Positions 30,334 to 39,693 of a DNA stretch of 64,000 bases are shown piece by piece (positions within the stretch are counted from its first letter, which is position 1; each line of letters begins with the position of its first letter). Both the position numbers and the translations under genes were made by a program. The notes below the pieces were generated by a model that did not search any database, was not told the origin of the DNA, and saw only the letters and a program-made list of their open reading frames with translations. Origin of the DNA: Candidatus Magasanikiibacteriota bacterium (GTDB taxonomy: Bacteria > Patescibacteriota > Patescibacteriia > Magasanikbacterales > GWA2-37-8); contig JACOYB010000005.1 of NCBI GenBank assembly GCA_016182085.1, forward strand, positions 66,061 to 130,060. The letters are read 5' to 3'.

Positions 30334-31074
30334 TTAAGATTGATTTTCTTTTTTTGCAACTGCCAGTAAAGAAAGTCCCAGTGGCAATGTGCCGAGCAGT
30401 TTAAATACTTTAAGTTCAACAAAATAAACTAAGGACATTGCATAATTTACAAAAACCGAGGACTCTTTTACATCAGAACCGGCATTTTTATTTCCTAAAA
30501 TATTTTTAAGCAGCCGCAGTATAATGGCAGGCAGAAGTATAAACCCATGTATCCAGGAATTTTGCAATACGTTAAGATCGGCGCTGAGCAAAGCGTTTAA
30601 ATCGCTTTTATTATATCTTTTCTTGTGGTGCAATGACTCGTCATGGTATGACCAGAGCCACTGATGGGCAGGCACAGTTACGATAAATAAACCTCCGGGT
30701 TTTAAAACCCGCCTAACTTCCTTTACCGCCAGTTCGGGATTATCTAAATGCTCAAGGACATCTAGAGCAAATACAATATCAAATGTCTCGGCAGAATACG
30801 GCATCCTATCTGCAAACCCTTTCTCCACAGAAAAACCTTTTTGGCGGCAATATTCCAAAGCCGTATCATTCATATCAATGCCTGAAACCAAAAAATTATT
30901 TGAAGCCATCTGTTCCAGCACCGCCCCCGTACCGCAACCCACATCTAAAATCTTCACGGGCTCGCCACTTTTAACATATTTTTTGATTGCGAGGTCTATA
31001 AATTTTCTTTTAGCCGCAAAATACCAATGTTTTTTCTCCAGTTCGCCCATCTTTATATATTCTGCATTTTCCAT
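30334..31074 (-). CDS. Class I SAM-dependent methyltransferase
   Basis: ILDVGCGTGAVL is motif I. LKPGGLF is post-I. Confidence 0.8.
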   Translation of the reverse strand: MENAEYIKMGELEKKHWYFAAKRKFIDLAIKKYVKSGEPVKILDVGCGTGAVLEQMASNNFLVSGIDMNDTALEYCRQKGFSVEKGFADRMPYSAETFDIVFALDVLEHLDNPELAVKEVRRVLKPGGLFIVTVPAHQWLWSYHDESLHHKKRYNKSDLNALLSADLNVLQNSWIHGFILLPAIILRLLKNILGNKNAGSDVKESSVFVNYAMSLVYFVELKVFKLLGTLPLGLSLLAVAKKENQS

Positions 31075-31079
31075 AAATC

Positions 31080-31793
31080 CTATTTATAAAGCCCTTTGAT
31101 TTGATTCATTTTCATCTCAAACAACTCCTTTAAGCTGCTCACAACTGCTTTTAACACATTCACTCTTGAGTCCGTATCATGAGCCCAAACAACCGGCATT
31201 TGTCGCACGATAATTTTCTTTAACTTGGCAATATACAGTAACTCCGTATCAAACCCCCAGCGGTCAATGCGGGCTACAGAAAAAATTTTCTGAGCGGCAA
31301 CTTTAGAGAAACATTTAAATCCACAAGTAAAATCCGTTATACCCGGCACCAATATATTGGAAAGCTTAGTGAACCCTTGGCCCAAAAATGTTCGTATGCC
31401 AGACTCGTATCGTTCAATATGAGAATTTTTTAATCTGCGGCTGCCCACCACTACCTGATCATCAGGTTTTAAAAACTTTATTAGGTTATTAAATTCTTCT
31501 AGCGGCGTAGCTAAATCTATATCAAAAAATATTACCCAATCACCGCTCGCTGCAAAAACTCCTTGCCTGACCGCATAACCTTTGCCCCTATTTTGCTGAT
31601 AAGACACAACCTTGAAGTCGTAATCTTTTTTATAACTATTTAACATTTCCAAGGTTTTATCGCTGGATCCATCATTTACAAAAATAAGCTCGGTTTTTTG
31701 ATCGTGATTTTTAAAAAAATTAAAAATCACGGGAGCTGTTTTAAACAAACGCCGCTCCTCATTAAAGAGAGGTATGATGATTGAAAATAACAT
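31080..31793 (-). CDS. GT2 family glycosyltransferase (polyprenol-phosphate glycosyltransferase-like)
   Basis: FSIIIPLFNEERRL...FVNDGSSDKT...DIDLATP. Confidence 0.8.
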   Translation of the reverse strand: MLFSIIIPLFNEERRLFKTAPVIFNFFKNHDQKTELIFVNDGSSDKTLEMLNSYKKDYDFKVVSYQQNRGKGYAVRQGVFAASGDWVIFFDIDLATPLEEFNNLIKFLKPDDQVVVGSRRLKNSHIERYESGIRTFLGQGFTKLSNILVPGITDFTCGFKCFSKVAAQKIFSVARIDRWGFDTELLYIAKLKKIIVRQMPVVWAHDTDSRVNVLKAVVSSLKELFEMKMNQIKGLYK

Positions 31794-31798
31794 AGCTA

Positions 31799-33859
31799 CT
31801 ATTTAGCATCAACTTTAGTAGTGACAGGCGCGGATAGTATTTGGGCTATTACAGCTTGTTCCGGCTGATTAAATACAACTCCATTTTTTTCTGCCAAATC
31901 TAAAACCTCTTTGGCTTTATCCATCTTGCCAATTAATTTATAGATATAAGCCAGGCGCCAATAGCTCTCGCCCACCTTCGGATCGTCATTAATTGTTCCT
32001 TCAATTGCTTTAATCGCTTCGTCGGTTTTGCCGATTTGCAGATAAAAGTTTGCCAAATTATAAATTACTTGCTGGCGTTTTGGAGAATATGTAAGCGCGA
32101 TTTCTAAATTATTGCCGTAGTCTCCAATATATTTTGTATCTCCGGTCAAGGTATACCCCACCTGACTCAACTGAGCCAGCGTTAAATAATTTCGTATATC
32201 ATACGGATGTAAAATAACATTTTCTTTCATGGCTTCAAAAACTATATTAAAGGCTTCCAGAGATTTTTCCTTAGACAATTTACTATTTTCCGACCCTAAT
32301 GCCGAGGAAACCGTGCGAGTCAAATCACTTCTAATATCATCTATATGCGGAGAGTTAAACGCCAAGGCAGCTTTCATGAGTTCTATACCTGCTTCCGGCT
32401 GATAACTTAAGTACTTTAGCGCTTCCAGGGTTTTCATGTTAGCCCTGGCTGGTTGAATATTAAAAATAAATATGAGAAGCAATGCCGCCACGCTTGCAGT
32501 GCTGACTCCACCCATTTTCATCCGCTTATCTGGCGCAGCCACTAGCTTACTGGCTGCTGGCGCGAGATTGGATTCCATGGCTTTAGCGGACAAACCGCCG
32601 ATCATCGCAAGCCAAAACATAAAATATAAATAAGAAGTGGGATTTTCAAAAACCGTCACATTTTGCACCAGATGCGCCGCCAAAAATGAAATGCCCATGA
32701 CCACCACATGCGGATCCATCATCTTTTTTACTCTGGCCATAGTAAGCGCCACCACACCCGCGACAAAGATAAACAGATAACTAACCAACCCGACCAGTCC
32801 TTGCACAGCCAGAGTGTTAACTAAAATATTGTGAGCATTATCAAACCATGTTTCCCCGTAGCCAAAGCGCAAGGATTTGGATTGATAATACTTGTTAAAG
32901 GCGTAAAAGAAATTATTGGGACCCCAGCCAAACACCGGTTTTTCTTTCCAACTGGCCACGGCGGATTCCCACGCAATCCAACGAGGACTGTTTTTAACAC
33001 TCTCAAAAGAAGTTAAAATTGTACGATTAACAGCCGGGATTTTTTGCACAAAACTACTTTCTCTAAATGCATAGAGCAGAGCAATTACAGCCACACCGGC
33101 TACCGCTACCCCAGCCAAGATTTTTCTCGTTTTAGGAAAATCTTTCAACACTATAATATAACCAAGTATCGCTACGCCCATACCGGCAACCAACCCAAGC
33201 ATGGAACCACGGGTACCACTGAAAAACATACCCAGTAAAGCCAACACTCCGGCAGCGGGTTCTAGCCATTTCCAAACTTTATTGGTTTCTTTGATAAAGA
33301 GCAAAAATGATACAAAAATTAAAAACAAACCATAACCACCCACATAAATTGCGTTTCCGAGCGTTGCAATAACACGATCACTGCCTTGATTTAACAAAAA
33401 ATCAGGCTTCACAACTTGAAATAATGCTATCAGCATTACGAGCGTCCCGCCCGTCAAAAATACTTTAAGCGCCTTTTTCCAGTCATCCCACGTCTTAAAT
33501 ACGGAACTGCAGATAAAATAATAGGCAATATAATGAAATATCGTAAACAGTCCTAACATTCTTTCGTGGTTATCCCAAAAACTATGGTACGGATCAACGC
33601 CGGAAAAGGTTGAAATTGTAAAACTGGCAAAAAAGGCGGCCAAAGCCACATTTAATAACGTAAATTTTGGCTTAAACTCCTGCCAATTGATAATTAACAG
33701 CAAAATGTATCCGGCGATCATTAACTCTACCAAAGAACGGAACATTAAAATTTTGGGAACGATAAAAGGAAATATGAAGGAAGCGGGAAAGACAAGCAGC
33801 GGTACAAAAAACGTAGCATAGATTAAAAACTTCATCGCCTTTACTATATTCTGCTTCAT
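31799..33859 (-). CDS. O-antigen ligase/polymerase family membrane protein fused to C-terminal TPR repeats
   Basis: About 12 TM helices. GTRGSMLGLVAGMGVAILGY is a Wzy_C-like motif. C-terminal TPR-like helices (LANFYLQIGKTDEAIKAIE...WRLAYIYKLIGKMDKA). Confidence 0.7.
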   Translation of the reverse strand: MKQNIVKAMKFLIYATFFVPLLVFPASFIFPFIVPKILMFRSLVELMIAGYILLLIINWQEFKPKFTLLNVALAAFFASFTISTFSGVDPYHSFWDNHERMLGLFTIFHYIAYYFICSSVFKTWDDWKKALKVFLTGGTLVMLIALFQVVKPDFLLNQGSDRVIATLGNAIYVGGYGLFLIFVSFLLFIKETNKVWKWLEPAAGVLALLGMFFSGTRGSMLGLVAGMGVAILGYIIVLKDFPKTRKILAGVAVAGVAVIALLYAFRESSFVQKIPAVNRTILTSFESVKNSPRWIAWESAVASWKEKPVFGWGPNNFFYAFNKYYQSKSLRFGYGETWFDNAHNILVNTLAVQGLVGLVSYLFIFVAGVVALTMARVKKMMDPHVVVMGISFLAAHLVQNVTVFENPTSYLYFMFWLAMIGGLSAKAMESNLAPAASKLVAAPDKRMKMGGVSTASVAALLLIFIFNIQPARANMKTLEALKYLSYQPEAGIELMKAALAFNSPHIDDIRSDLTRTVSSALGSENSKLSKEKSLEAFNIVFEAMKENVILHPYDIRNYLTLAQLSQVGYTLTGDTKYIGDYGNNLEIALTYSPKRQQVIYNLANFYLQIGKTDEAIKAIEGTINDDPKVGESYWRLAYIYKLIGKMDKAKEVLDLAEKNGVVFNQPEQAVIAQILSAPVTTKVDAK

Positions 33860-34157
33860 AATTTTGAATACTTAAATAATATATAAAAGTACATCCGAGG
33901 ACTTCCTCGGCTGTACGCAGCTTAAAATTACATAGAATATTTTATCTTTTTCTAGGCTACCTGTCAAATAGTAACAGGGGCGTGAGTACCACTAAAAAGC
34001 GACAAAATTTAATAACCACCTTTAAATAAAAACAATCTTGATGTACTCAAGATTGCTTCCCCCTCTTCCGGGTATATAGCATACCACAAATCTTTAAATA
34101 CCACCAAACATTGACCGACCTGCTATTATTTGGTACTATAGGCCACTATAAATAGCT

Positions 34158-35618
34158 ATGTCTCAAGAAAACGTTATAATCAGCTTTGATAAGGTGAACT
34201 TCGCCTATAACCCAAACAAGCCTATTTTGGAAGAGGCCAGTTTTTCGGTGCGCCAAAATTCCAAAATCACTATCATGGGACAAAACGGCGCCGGCAAAAG
34301 CACGATTTTTAAGCTAATTACCAAAGAAATTAAACCAGAAAGCGGGCAAGCAAATGTAAGTCTGGGCTCCACCATCGCGATTGCTACTCAAGTAATGAAA
34401 CCAGAAAATTTAGAAAAAACCATCGAAGAATTCTTTGCTCAGTTGTTTGATAAAAAAATGTATGATCTGCCAAAACGCATTGCCGAGGTTTTGGACATCG
34501 TACACCTAACTGCTCCGCTTGATAAAAAAATAAAACAATTCTCAGGCGGCCAACAAGCCAGGTTACTTTTGGCATACGCGCTTATTCAAAAACCAGATAT
34601 TTTGCTTTTAGACGAACCAACCAACAATTTAGATACAGCTGGCATAGACCACTTAACCGCATTTCTGATGGCTTATCCAAAAACCTGCTTGGTTATTTCT
34701 CACGATGCCAACTTTTTGAATGCCTTTACCGATGGCGTTTTGTATTTGGATTCTTTTACTCAAAAAGTAGAGCAATACGTGGGCGACTACTACAATGTGC
34801 TCGGAGAAATCGAAGCTCGTATTGAACGCGAACGCGCCAAAAATGCTCAATTGCGCCGCAGTATTCAAGATAGAAAAGACAAAGTAAACTTCTTTGCCAA
34901 TAAAGGCGGTAAGATGCGCGCGCTGGCCAGCAAACTTCGCGACCAAATAGAAGAGGCCGAAGAAAATATGGTGGATGAACGCCAAGAAGACAAAACTATA
35001 AATGATTTTACCATCCCCTCTCAACCAGAAATTATCGGGCCAATGGTAGAAATAAAATCGGTAGGAGTGATGATAGAGAGCGTTCCGGTGCACAAAGCAA
35101 TTTCTCCAGCTATTACGGTTCGCAAAAAACAACGGCTGCTTATCAAAGGGCCAAACGGCATTGGTAAGAGCACGCTTCTGCATGCACTAGCCAGCGGCAC
35201 CGAAGAAGGTGCGATTATTACTCCAGATGTTCGCGTTGGTTATTATCGCCAAGATTTTTCCGGTTTAGATTTTGATAAAACCGCTTATCAAGCCCTAGAA
35301 GAAATGATGCCTAATCCGTGGAACCAGGAAATCTATGCCACGGGCGCGCAGTTTTTGCTTTCTTCTCAAATTTTAAAAAATAAAGTTGGATCGCTATCCG
35401 AAGGACAAAAAGGTTTACTGTGCTATGCCAGATTTGTCTTGCAAAAACCCGGCCTCCTTATTATGGATGAGCCGACCAACCATATAAACTTCCGCCACCT
35501 ACCTATTATCGCCAAGGCCTTGGATGATTTTGAAGGCGCGATAATTCTCGTAAGCCACGTTCCGGAATTTGTGGAACAAATTAAGATTGATCAGGTCTTG
35601 GATTTGGAAACTCTCTAA
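34158..35618 (+). CDS. ABC-F family ATPase (tandem ABC domains, no TMD)
   Basis: Two Walker A motifs (GQNGAGKST and GPNGIGKST), two signature motifs (LSGGQQAR and LSEGQKG) and a charged linker between the domains. Confidence 0.85.
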   Translation: MSQENVIISFDKVNFAYNPNKPILEEASFSVRQNSKITIMGQNGAGKSTIFKLITKEIKPESGQANVSLGSTIAIATQVMKPENLEKTIEEFFAQLFDKKMYDLPKRIAEVLDIVHLTAPLDKKIKQFSGGQQARLLLAYALIQKPDILLLDEPTNNLDTAGIDHLTAFLMAYPKTCLVISHDANFLNAFTDGVLYLDSFTQKVEQYVGDYYNVLGEIEARIERERAKNAQLRRSIQDRKDKVNFFANKGGKMRALASKLRDQIEEAEENMVDERQEDKTINDFTIPSQPEIIGPMVEIKSVGVMIESVPVHKAISPAITVRKKQRLLIKGPNGIGKSTLLHALASGTEEGAIITPDVRVGYYRQDFSGLDFDKTAYQALEEMMPNPWNQEIYATGAQFLLSSQILKNKVGSLSEGQKGLLCYARFVLQKPGLLIMDEPTNHINFRHLPIIAKALDDFEGAIILVSHVPEFVEQIKIDQVLDLETL

Positions 35619-35917
35619 AAACTAAGTGGGGATACCGGGAAACTCCAAAGATTTAATGGCTGCCAGAAGTAATCCACATTATTAAAGCTGGAAGACGACA
35701 TATTTTGCAGATCTACCATAAGCCCGGGCACATCGGAAGACCCGCTTTCCAGGCCAATAGATACATTGCTGAAGTTAACATTGTTTAGATTGGTCACAAC
35801 GCTGGGGGCTTTGATGCCGCGCGTGTTGGCATTTTTAACGGTTACACCGATATAAGCTTAAGCAGGGTTAATCGAGACAGGTGGCAAACTTTTAAAATTT
35901 ATAACATATATTATAAA

Positions 35918-36334
35918 TTATTCTTTTGTATCTGCAGCAGGTTGATTTAAACAAAATTCTATATAATCCCAGTCTTTTACAATATTTGCCCTATTTTTAT
36001 TAGCTTCTTTTAAGCCTTTAACCTGCGTAGAAAACAAACTACTATCATCTGTATTATCAAGTAGAGTAAAAGATGATTTGATACCACTTAGTCTATTTTT
36101 AATAGTTTCACAATCTGTATACGCATTTAAATTATACTGATTTGCTATGTCTACTAACTGATTGGAAAGCATGCTTTGCATAGCAACTCTAGTAAATATC
36201 TTATCGATATCAGAACTTTCAAGTTTTTCAATTCTCACTTCCAAATCCGCAATCTTTTCTTTGTCTTCATTATTTAAATTGCATCCAGTGCCCATCAAAA
36301 TTATAGCCAAACAAACCAATACTATTTTTTTCAT
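35918..36334 (-). CDS. Lipoprotein (hypothetical, coiled-coil)
   Basis: Signal peptide with lipobox LMGTGC. 138 aa. Confidence 0.6.
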   Translation of the reverse strand: MKKIVLVCLAIILMGTGCNLNNEDKEKIADLEVRIEKLESSDIDKIFTRVAMQSMLSNQLVDIANQYNLNAYTDCETIKNRLSGIKSSFTLLDNTDDSSLFSTQVKGLKEANKNRANIVKDWDYIEFCLNQPAADTKE

Positions 36335-36364
36335 AATTAAACATTAAAATGCTTTTACACAGAC

Positions 36365-37210
36365 TTATTCAGGCACACAAGCATCATCTACTTCAACGAA
36401 CCCTCGTTTACAGTACCAACTTGATCCTAACACATAAGCGTTTGACGGTGCGATTACTTTCTCGCAAGAATTATTAACTTCCCTGTAGCCATTCTTACAA
36501 TACCAGCTTGAACCTAATATGTATGCATTCGGAGGGGCGATAACTTTTACACAAGAATCATTTTCTTCTTTATAGCCATTCTTACAATACCAGCTTGAAC
36601 CTAAAACATAGGCGTTCACTGGGGCAATTACCTTTTCACAACTATCGCCTACTTCTTTATATCCATTCTTGCAGTACCACTGAGAGCCTAAAATATATGC
36701 ATCTTTTGGGGCAATAACTTTTTCGCAAGTTTCACCGATCTGTTTGTAACCATTTTTACAATACCACTCTGAACCCAACACATAAGCGTTTAGAGGCGCT
36801 ATTACTTTCTCACAACTCTCGCCCACTTGCCTATACCCATTCTTACAATACCAATCGGATCCTAATACATAACCATTAGCAGGTGCTTTAACTTTTTCAC
36901 AGGTTTCATCAACTTGCTTATAACCATTCTTACATACCCAACCCATACCAGATGTTAATGCATTTTCTGGAACTTTCTTTAACGGACAATCATAACAGTC
37001 TTTATAATATCCGCTTGGTGGATACACAACTCCGCCACCGGCAGGATATGTTGGATATAAGCATGGATGTCCAGCATCTCCACATGTATAAGAACCAGTA
37101 TCAGAAGGACAGGAGTGCCAACGATGACAACCAGAGCGATGGGCAAAAGCAGGTGCTGATAAAGACAATACCCCTAATAAAACAACTAAAGCTAGTATGT
37201 ATTTTTTCAT
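36365..37210 (-). CDS. Secreted cysteine-rich tandem-repeat protein
   Basis: Signal peptide (AFA cleavage site). N-terminal HRSGCHRWHSCPSD motif. About 8 tandem ~27-aa repeats with consensus NAYVLGSxWYCKNGYxxVxxSCEKVIAP, two Cys per repeat. Confidence 0.7.
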   Translation of the reverse strand: MKKYILALVVLLGVLSLSAPAFAHRSGCHRWHSCPSDTGSYTCGDAGHPCLYPTYPAGGGVVYPPSGYYKDCYDCPLKKVPENALTSGMGWVCKNGYKQVDETCEKVKAPANGYVLGSDWYCKNGYRQVGESCEKVIAPLNAYVLGSEWYCKNGYKQIGETCEKVIAPKDAYILGSQWYCKNGYKEVGDSCEKVIAPVNAYVLGSSWYCKNGYKEENDSCVKVIAPPNAYILGSSWYCKNGYREVNNSCEKVIAPSNAYVLGSSWYCKRGFVEVDDACVPE

Positions 37211-37331
37211 AACTCTCTATTACGTTTATATTAAAATCCTATCAAAATTACTAAAATTTTACAATATTACAGTAAATCAGTTTTACCCTACCGAGCTCTA
37301 CTACCAAAAAAGAAAGCAAATAATAAATCGA

Positions 37332-37856
37332 CTAAAATGGTATTTCTTCTTTAACTGTAGGTACTAAATTTAAATTTTTCAAACGATACATCATCGCTTC
37401 CTTACTCACCTGATACTGCTCAGCTAGTTTTTTTAAACTTTCACCATTAACATACAAAGCATCTTTAACTTCTCTTTTAAAATCTTCTACTAAAAACTCT
37501 TCCGGCATTAAAAAATTGGCTGCAAAAAGGTCGGCTCTTTTTTCTTTTTGCGGTTTGTCTGTAAGTGATGTCTTATTTCTATAATCAACTGTTACAGTCT
37601 GATCTGTATCAAAAATAAAATGGGCTAACTCATGGGCTATAGTAAAGCGTATTCTGGATTGTCTTTCATCAGAATTAACCCCCATAAGAACTCCCCCATC
37701 TGATTTTCTGATTAAAACCCCTGAATACTCTTTACTGGGAGCGTAGCTTATATTTATCCCATATTGTGCCACGATATATTCAACAGGCACAGGTGCTTTT
37801 TTAATACCAAAACTATCTAAAATTTCTTTTGTTTTTTCAATAGTTAATTCTTTCAT
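37332..37856 (-). CDS. ImmA/IrrE family zinc metallopeptidase
   Basis: HELAHFIFD is an HEXXH motif. Paired directly with the upstream XRE regulator. Confidence 0.8.
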   Translation of the reverse strand: MKELTIEKTKEILDSFGIKKAPVPVEYIVAQYGINISYAPSKEYSGVLIRKSDGGVLMGVNSDERQSRIRFTIAHELAHFIFDTDQTVTVDYRNKTSLTDKPQKEKRADLFAANFLMPEEFLVEDFKREVKDALYVNGESLKKLAEQYQVSKEAMMYRLKNLNLVPTVKEEIPF

Positions 37857-37860
37857 ATTT

Positions 37861-38205
37861 TTATGCTATCCAACCTAAGATTTTCCCCCATTCTAAAATC
37901 TTCTCATCTTCACTCTTTATATTTTCTATATCAGTCTTACTTAGCGCAACACCTTCTAATCTTTTCGGAAAAAAACCTGACATCTCACACCCTAACAAGG
38001 AAGACAGCTTCCACAGAGTAACGCCGTTTACATTATTTCTGCCATTCTCTATTTGTGAATATGCAACCCTTGTCATGTTTAACGAATTGGCGATAGTTTG
38101 CATGCTTATTTTCCCTCTCAATTTTATGCGTGCAATTTTAATATTTTTAGCTATTTGCTCCTTTATTTCTTTATCCGCTAGATTGCTCATCTTCTTCTTT
38201 GCCAT
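37861..38205 (-). CDS. XRE family helix-turn-helix transcriptional regulator
   Basis: QTIANSLNMTRVAYSQIENGRNNVNGVTLWKLSSLLG is an HTH_3 motif. Confidence 0.8.
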   Translation of the reverse strand: MAKKKMSNLADKEIKEQIAKNIKIARIKLRGKISMQTIANSLNMTRVAYSQIENGRNNVNGVTLWKLSSLLGCEMSGFFPKRLEGVALSKTDIENIKSEDEKILEWGKILGWIA

Positions 38206-38328
38206 ACTTATTATAATATAAGTCTTGCTTTCTTCCTATGTGTACAGAAAGTAATTTTTTATTAACTTATAAACTTTTAATTACTATTAAGATATAAATG
38301 TTTATATATGTAAAACTATAACAAATAC

Positions 38329-38357
38329 TTTACAACTTGTCAAATTAGCGCTAGAAT
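38329..38357 (+). promoter_or_regulatory. Sigma70-like promoter TTTACA-17-TAGAAT in the divergent region upstream of the DUF3892 gene
   Basis: TTTACA at 38329-38334, 17-nt spacer, TAGAAT at 38352-38357. ATG at 38437. Confidence 0.35.
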
Positions 38358-38436
38358 AAGATCAAGTTAAAGGGTTCTTTGCTAAAAAGCTGGTCGATAT
38401 TGAACCCGATTATTCATTAAGCGAATATATAAAAAT

Positions 38437-38733
38437 ATGGCAATCAAAATTAATTGTATCAATAAAGATAATGGCGATCACTATGATCCACACGAGGCTA
38501 TCATTAACCTCGGCTGGCTAGAGGAAGCCACTAACAAGCATGGGGTAAACACTCGGCTAGAAATGGTAGCGTTCATAGAAAATGAGGGGGGCCAAGCATA
38601 TGTCAAAGATGCATATGGAAATAAGGCTTACTTGGTAGTAAGAGAATCTCCGTGGGGAAATAAGTATATGAAAACTATGGCAGATGGTAGAGAAACTAAT
38701 AACTTACTGGCATTATCTGAGTGCCAACGTTAG
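38437..38733 (+). CDS. DUF3892 domain protein
   Basis: 98 aa. CINKDNGDHYDPHEAIINLGW...NNLLALSECQ matches my recollection of the DUF3892 conserved core. Confidence 0.6.
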   Translation: MAIKINCINKDNGDHYDPHEAIINLGWLEEATNKHGVNTRLEMVAFIENEGGQAYVKDAYGNKAYLVVRESPWGNKYMKTMADGRETNNLLALSECQR

Positions 38734-38840
38734 TTCAATAGAAATAGAATAAGGTGGTGGTGCGACTTAGAAACCTAACTGTTGCTCCACCACTCTTCCT
38801 AATACGCGAGCGTAGTCGAACTCGTAACACTTTATTTAAA

Positions 38841-39071
38841 CTAATTAAAAGTATGACACGCATCAGAGGAAACCAAGACGGCCCAAATGGCCGCAATGAA
38901 AGTTACCGCATTGGTAGCAGAAATCATGTCCCACGAGTTCAGGCTGTACGAGAAGTTGAACAAGGTAAACATCCGGGAGCTCATGTGGTAAATATAAACC
39001 ACAGAAATTACGTACGTGATAATCCAGATAGTTCTACAAAAGACAACGTAAATCAAAAATAGGACAGGCAT
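38841..39071 (-). CDS. Small two-helix membrane protein (hypothetical)
   Basis: 76 aa with two hydrophobic segments. The overlapping plus-strand ORF is Arg-rich and looks like antisense noise. Strand choice is uncertain. Confidence 0.3.
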   Translation of the reverse strand: MPVLFLIYVVFCRTIWIITYVISVVYIYHMSSRMFTLFNFSYSLNSWDMISATNAVTFIAAIWAVLVSSDACHTFN

Positions 39072-39337
39072 ATAAAAGAGCCCTTACTGGGTTCTTTTAT
39101 ATTATATGTAAATTAAGCAATAACCAGAAGATTTTTACTCATTTTCTAGATATACACCAGTACATTGCTTTATTTTTACACTAAACGACGATATATGAGT
39201 CGATACTTTGGCTTTAATCAGCTTGTGCATATCGGTTCATTGTCTTTGTTTTTCCTGTATGTTAGAATAATATCGACATTTACCAGTCGATATACAATTT
39301 AAAGACCTAAACCTTTATAATTAAAATATATAAACAA

Positions 39338-39376
39338 ATAACCCTCCCGAATTAGGAAGGGTTATTTTTGTTTTAA
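39338..39376. terminator. Rho-independent terminator hairpin downstream of the DUF378 gene
   Basis: ATAACCCTCC...GGAAGGGTTAT stem flanked by T-runs on both strands. Confidence 0.5.
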
Positions 39377-39382
39377 AAAATT

Positions 39383-39610
39383 CTACATCATCGGTTTTGC
39401 TTCGCAAGCTTTGCAATCTTTTTTGTGGCACAACGCCAATTCTACGGCTGATAAACCAACTAAAACGTATATCACTCTGGAAACCATTGCGCCTTGGCCG
39501 CCGAAAAGCGCGCCTACATCCCAACCAAATAATCCTACCAAGAGCCAGTTTACGCCTCCCACTATTACTAGCGCGAAAGCTACCATATGAAGCCATTTGT
39601 TTTGTTTCAT
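39383..39610 (-). CDS. DUF378 family small membrane protein
   Basis: HMVAFALVIVGGVNWLLVGLFGWDVGALFG matches the DUF378 signature. Start chosen at the Met of MKQNKW, preceded by a perfect GGAGGTG Shine-Dalgarno. Confidence 0.7.
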   Translation of the reverse strand: MKQNKWLHMVAFALVIVGGVNWLLVGLFGWDVGALFGGQGAMVSRVIYVLVGLSAVELALCHKKDCKACEAKPMM

Positions 39611-39693
39611 AATGTCACCTCCTCTCAATACAACTTAAGAGACTACCTTCTACGAACCAAAATCTGACCTGTATATTGTATCACACATTTTCT

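Noticed and set aside
35615-35797. 60-aa ORF MTNLNNVNFSNVSIGLESGSS...
   Set aside because: It begins at an internal Met of a longer stop-bounded frame with no start codon. It is treated as a remnant (see findings) rather than a gene.
38754-39062. Plus-strand 102-aa Arg-rich ORF
   Set aside because: The composition (R/N/G-rich, no hydrophobic core) is typical of antisense translation. The overlapping minus-strand ORF encodes a plausible two-helix membrane protein, though either strand is low confidence.
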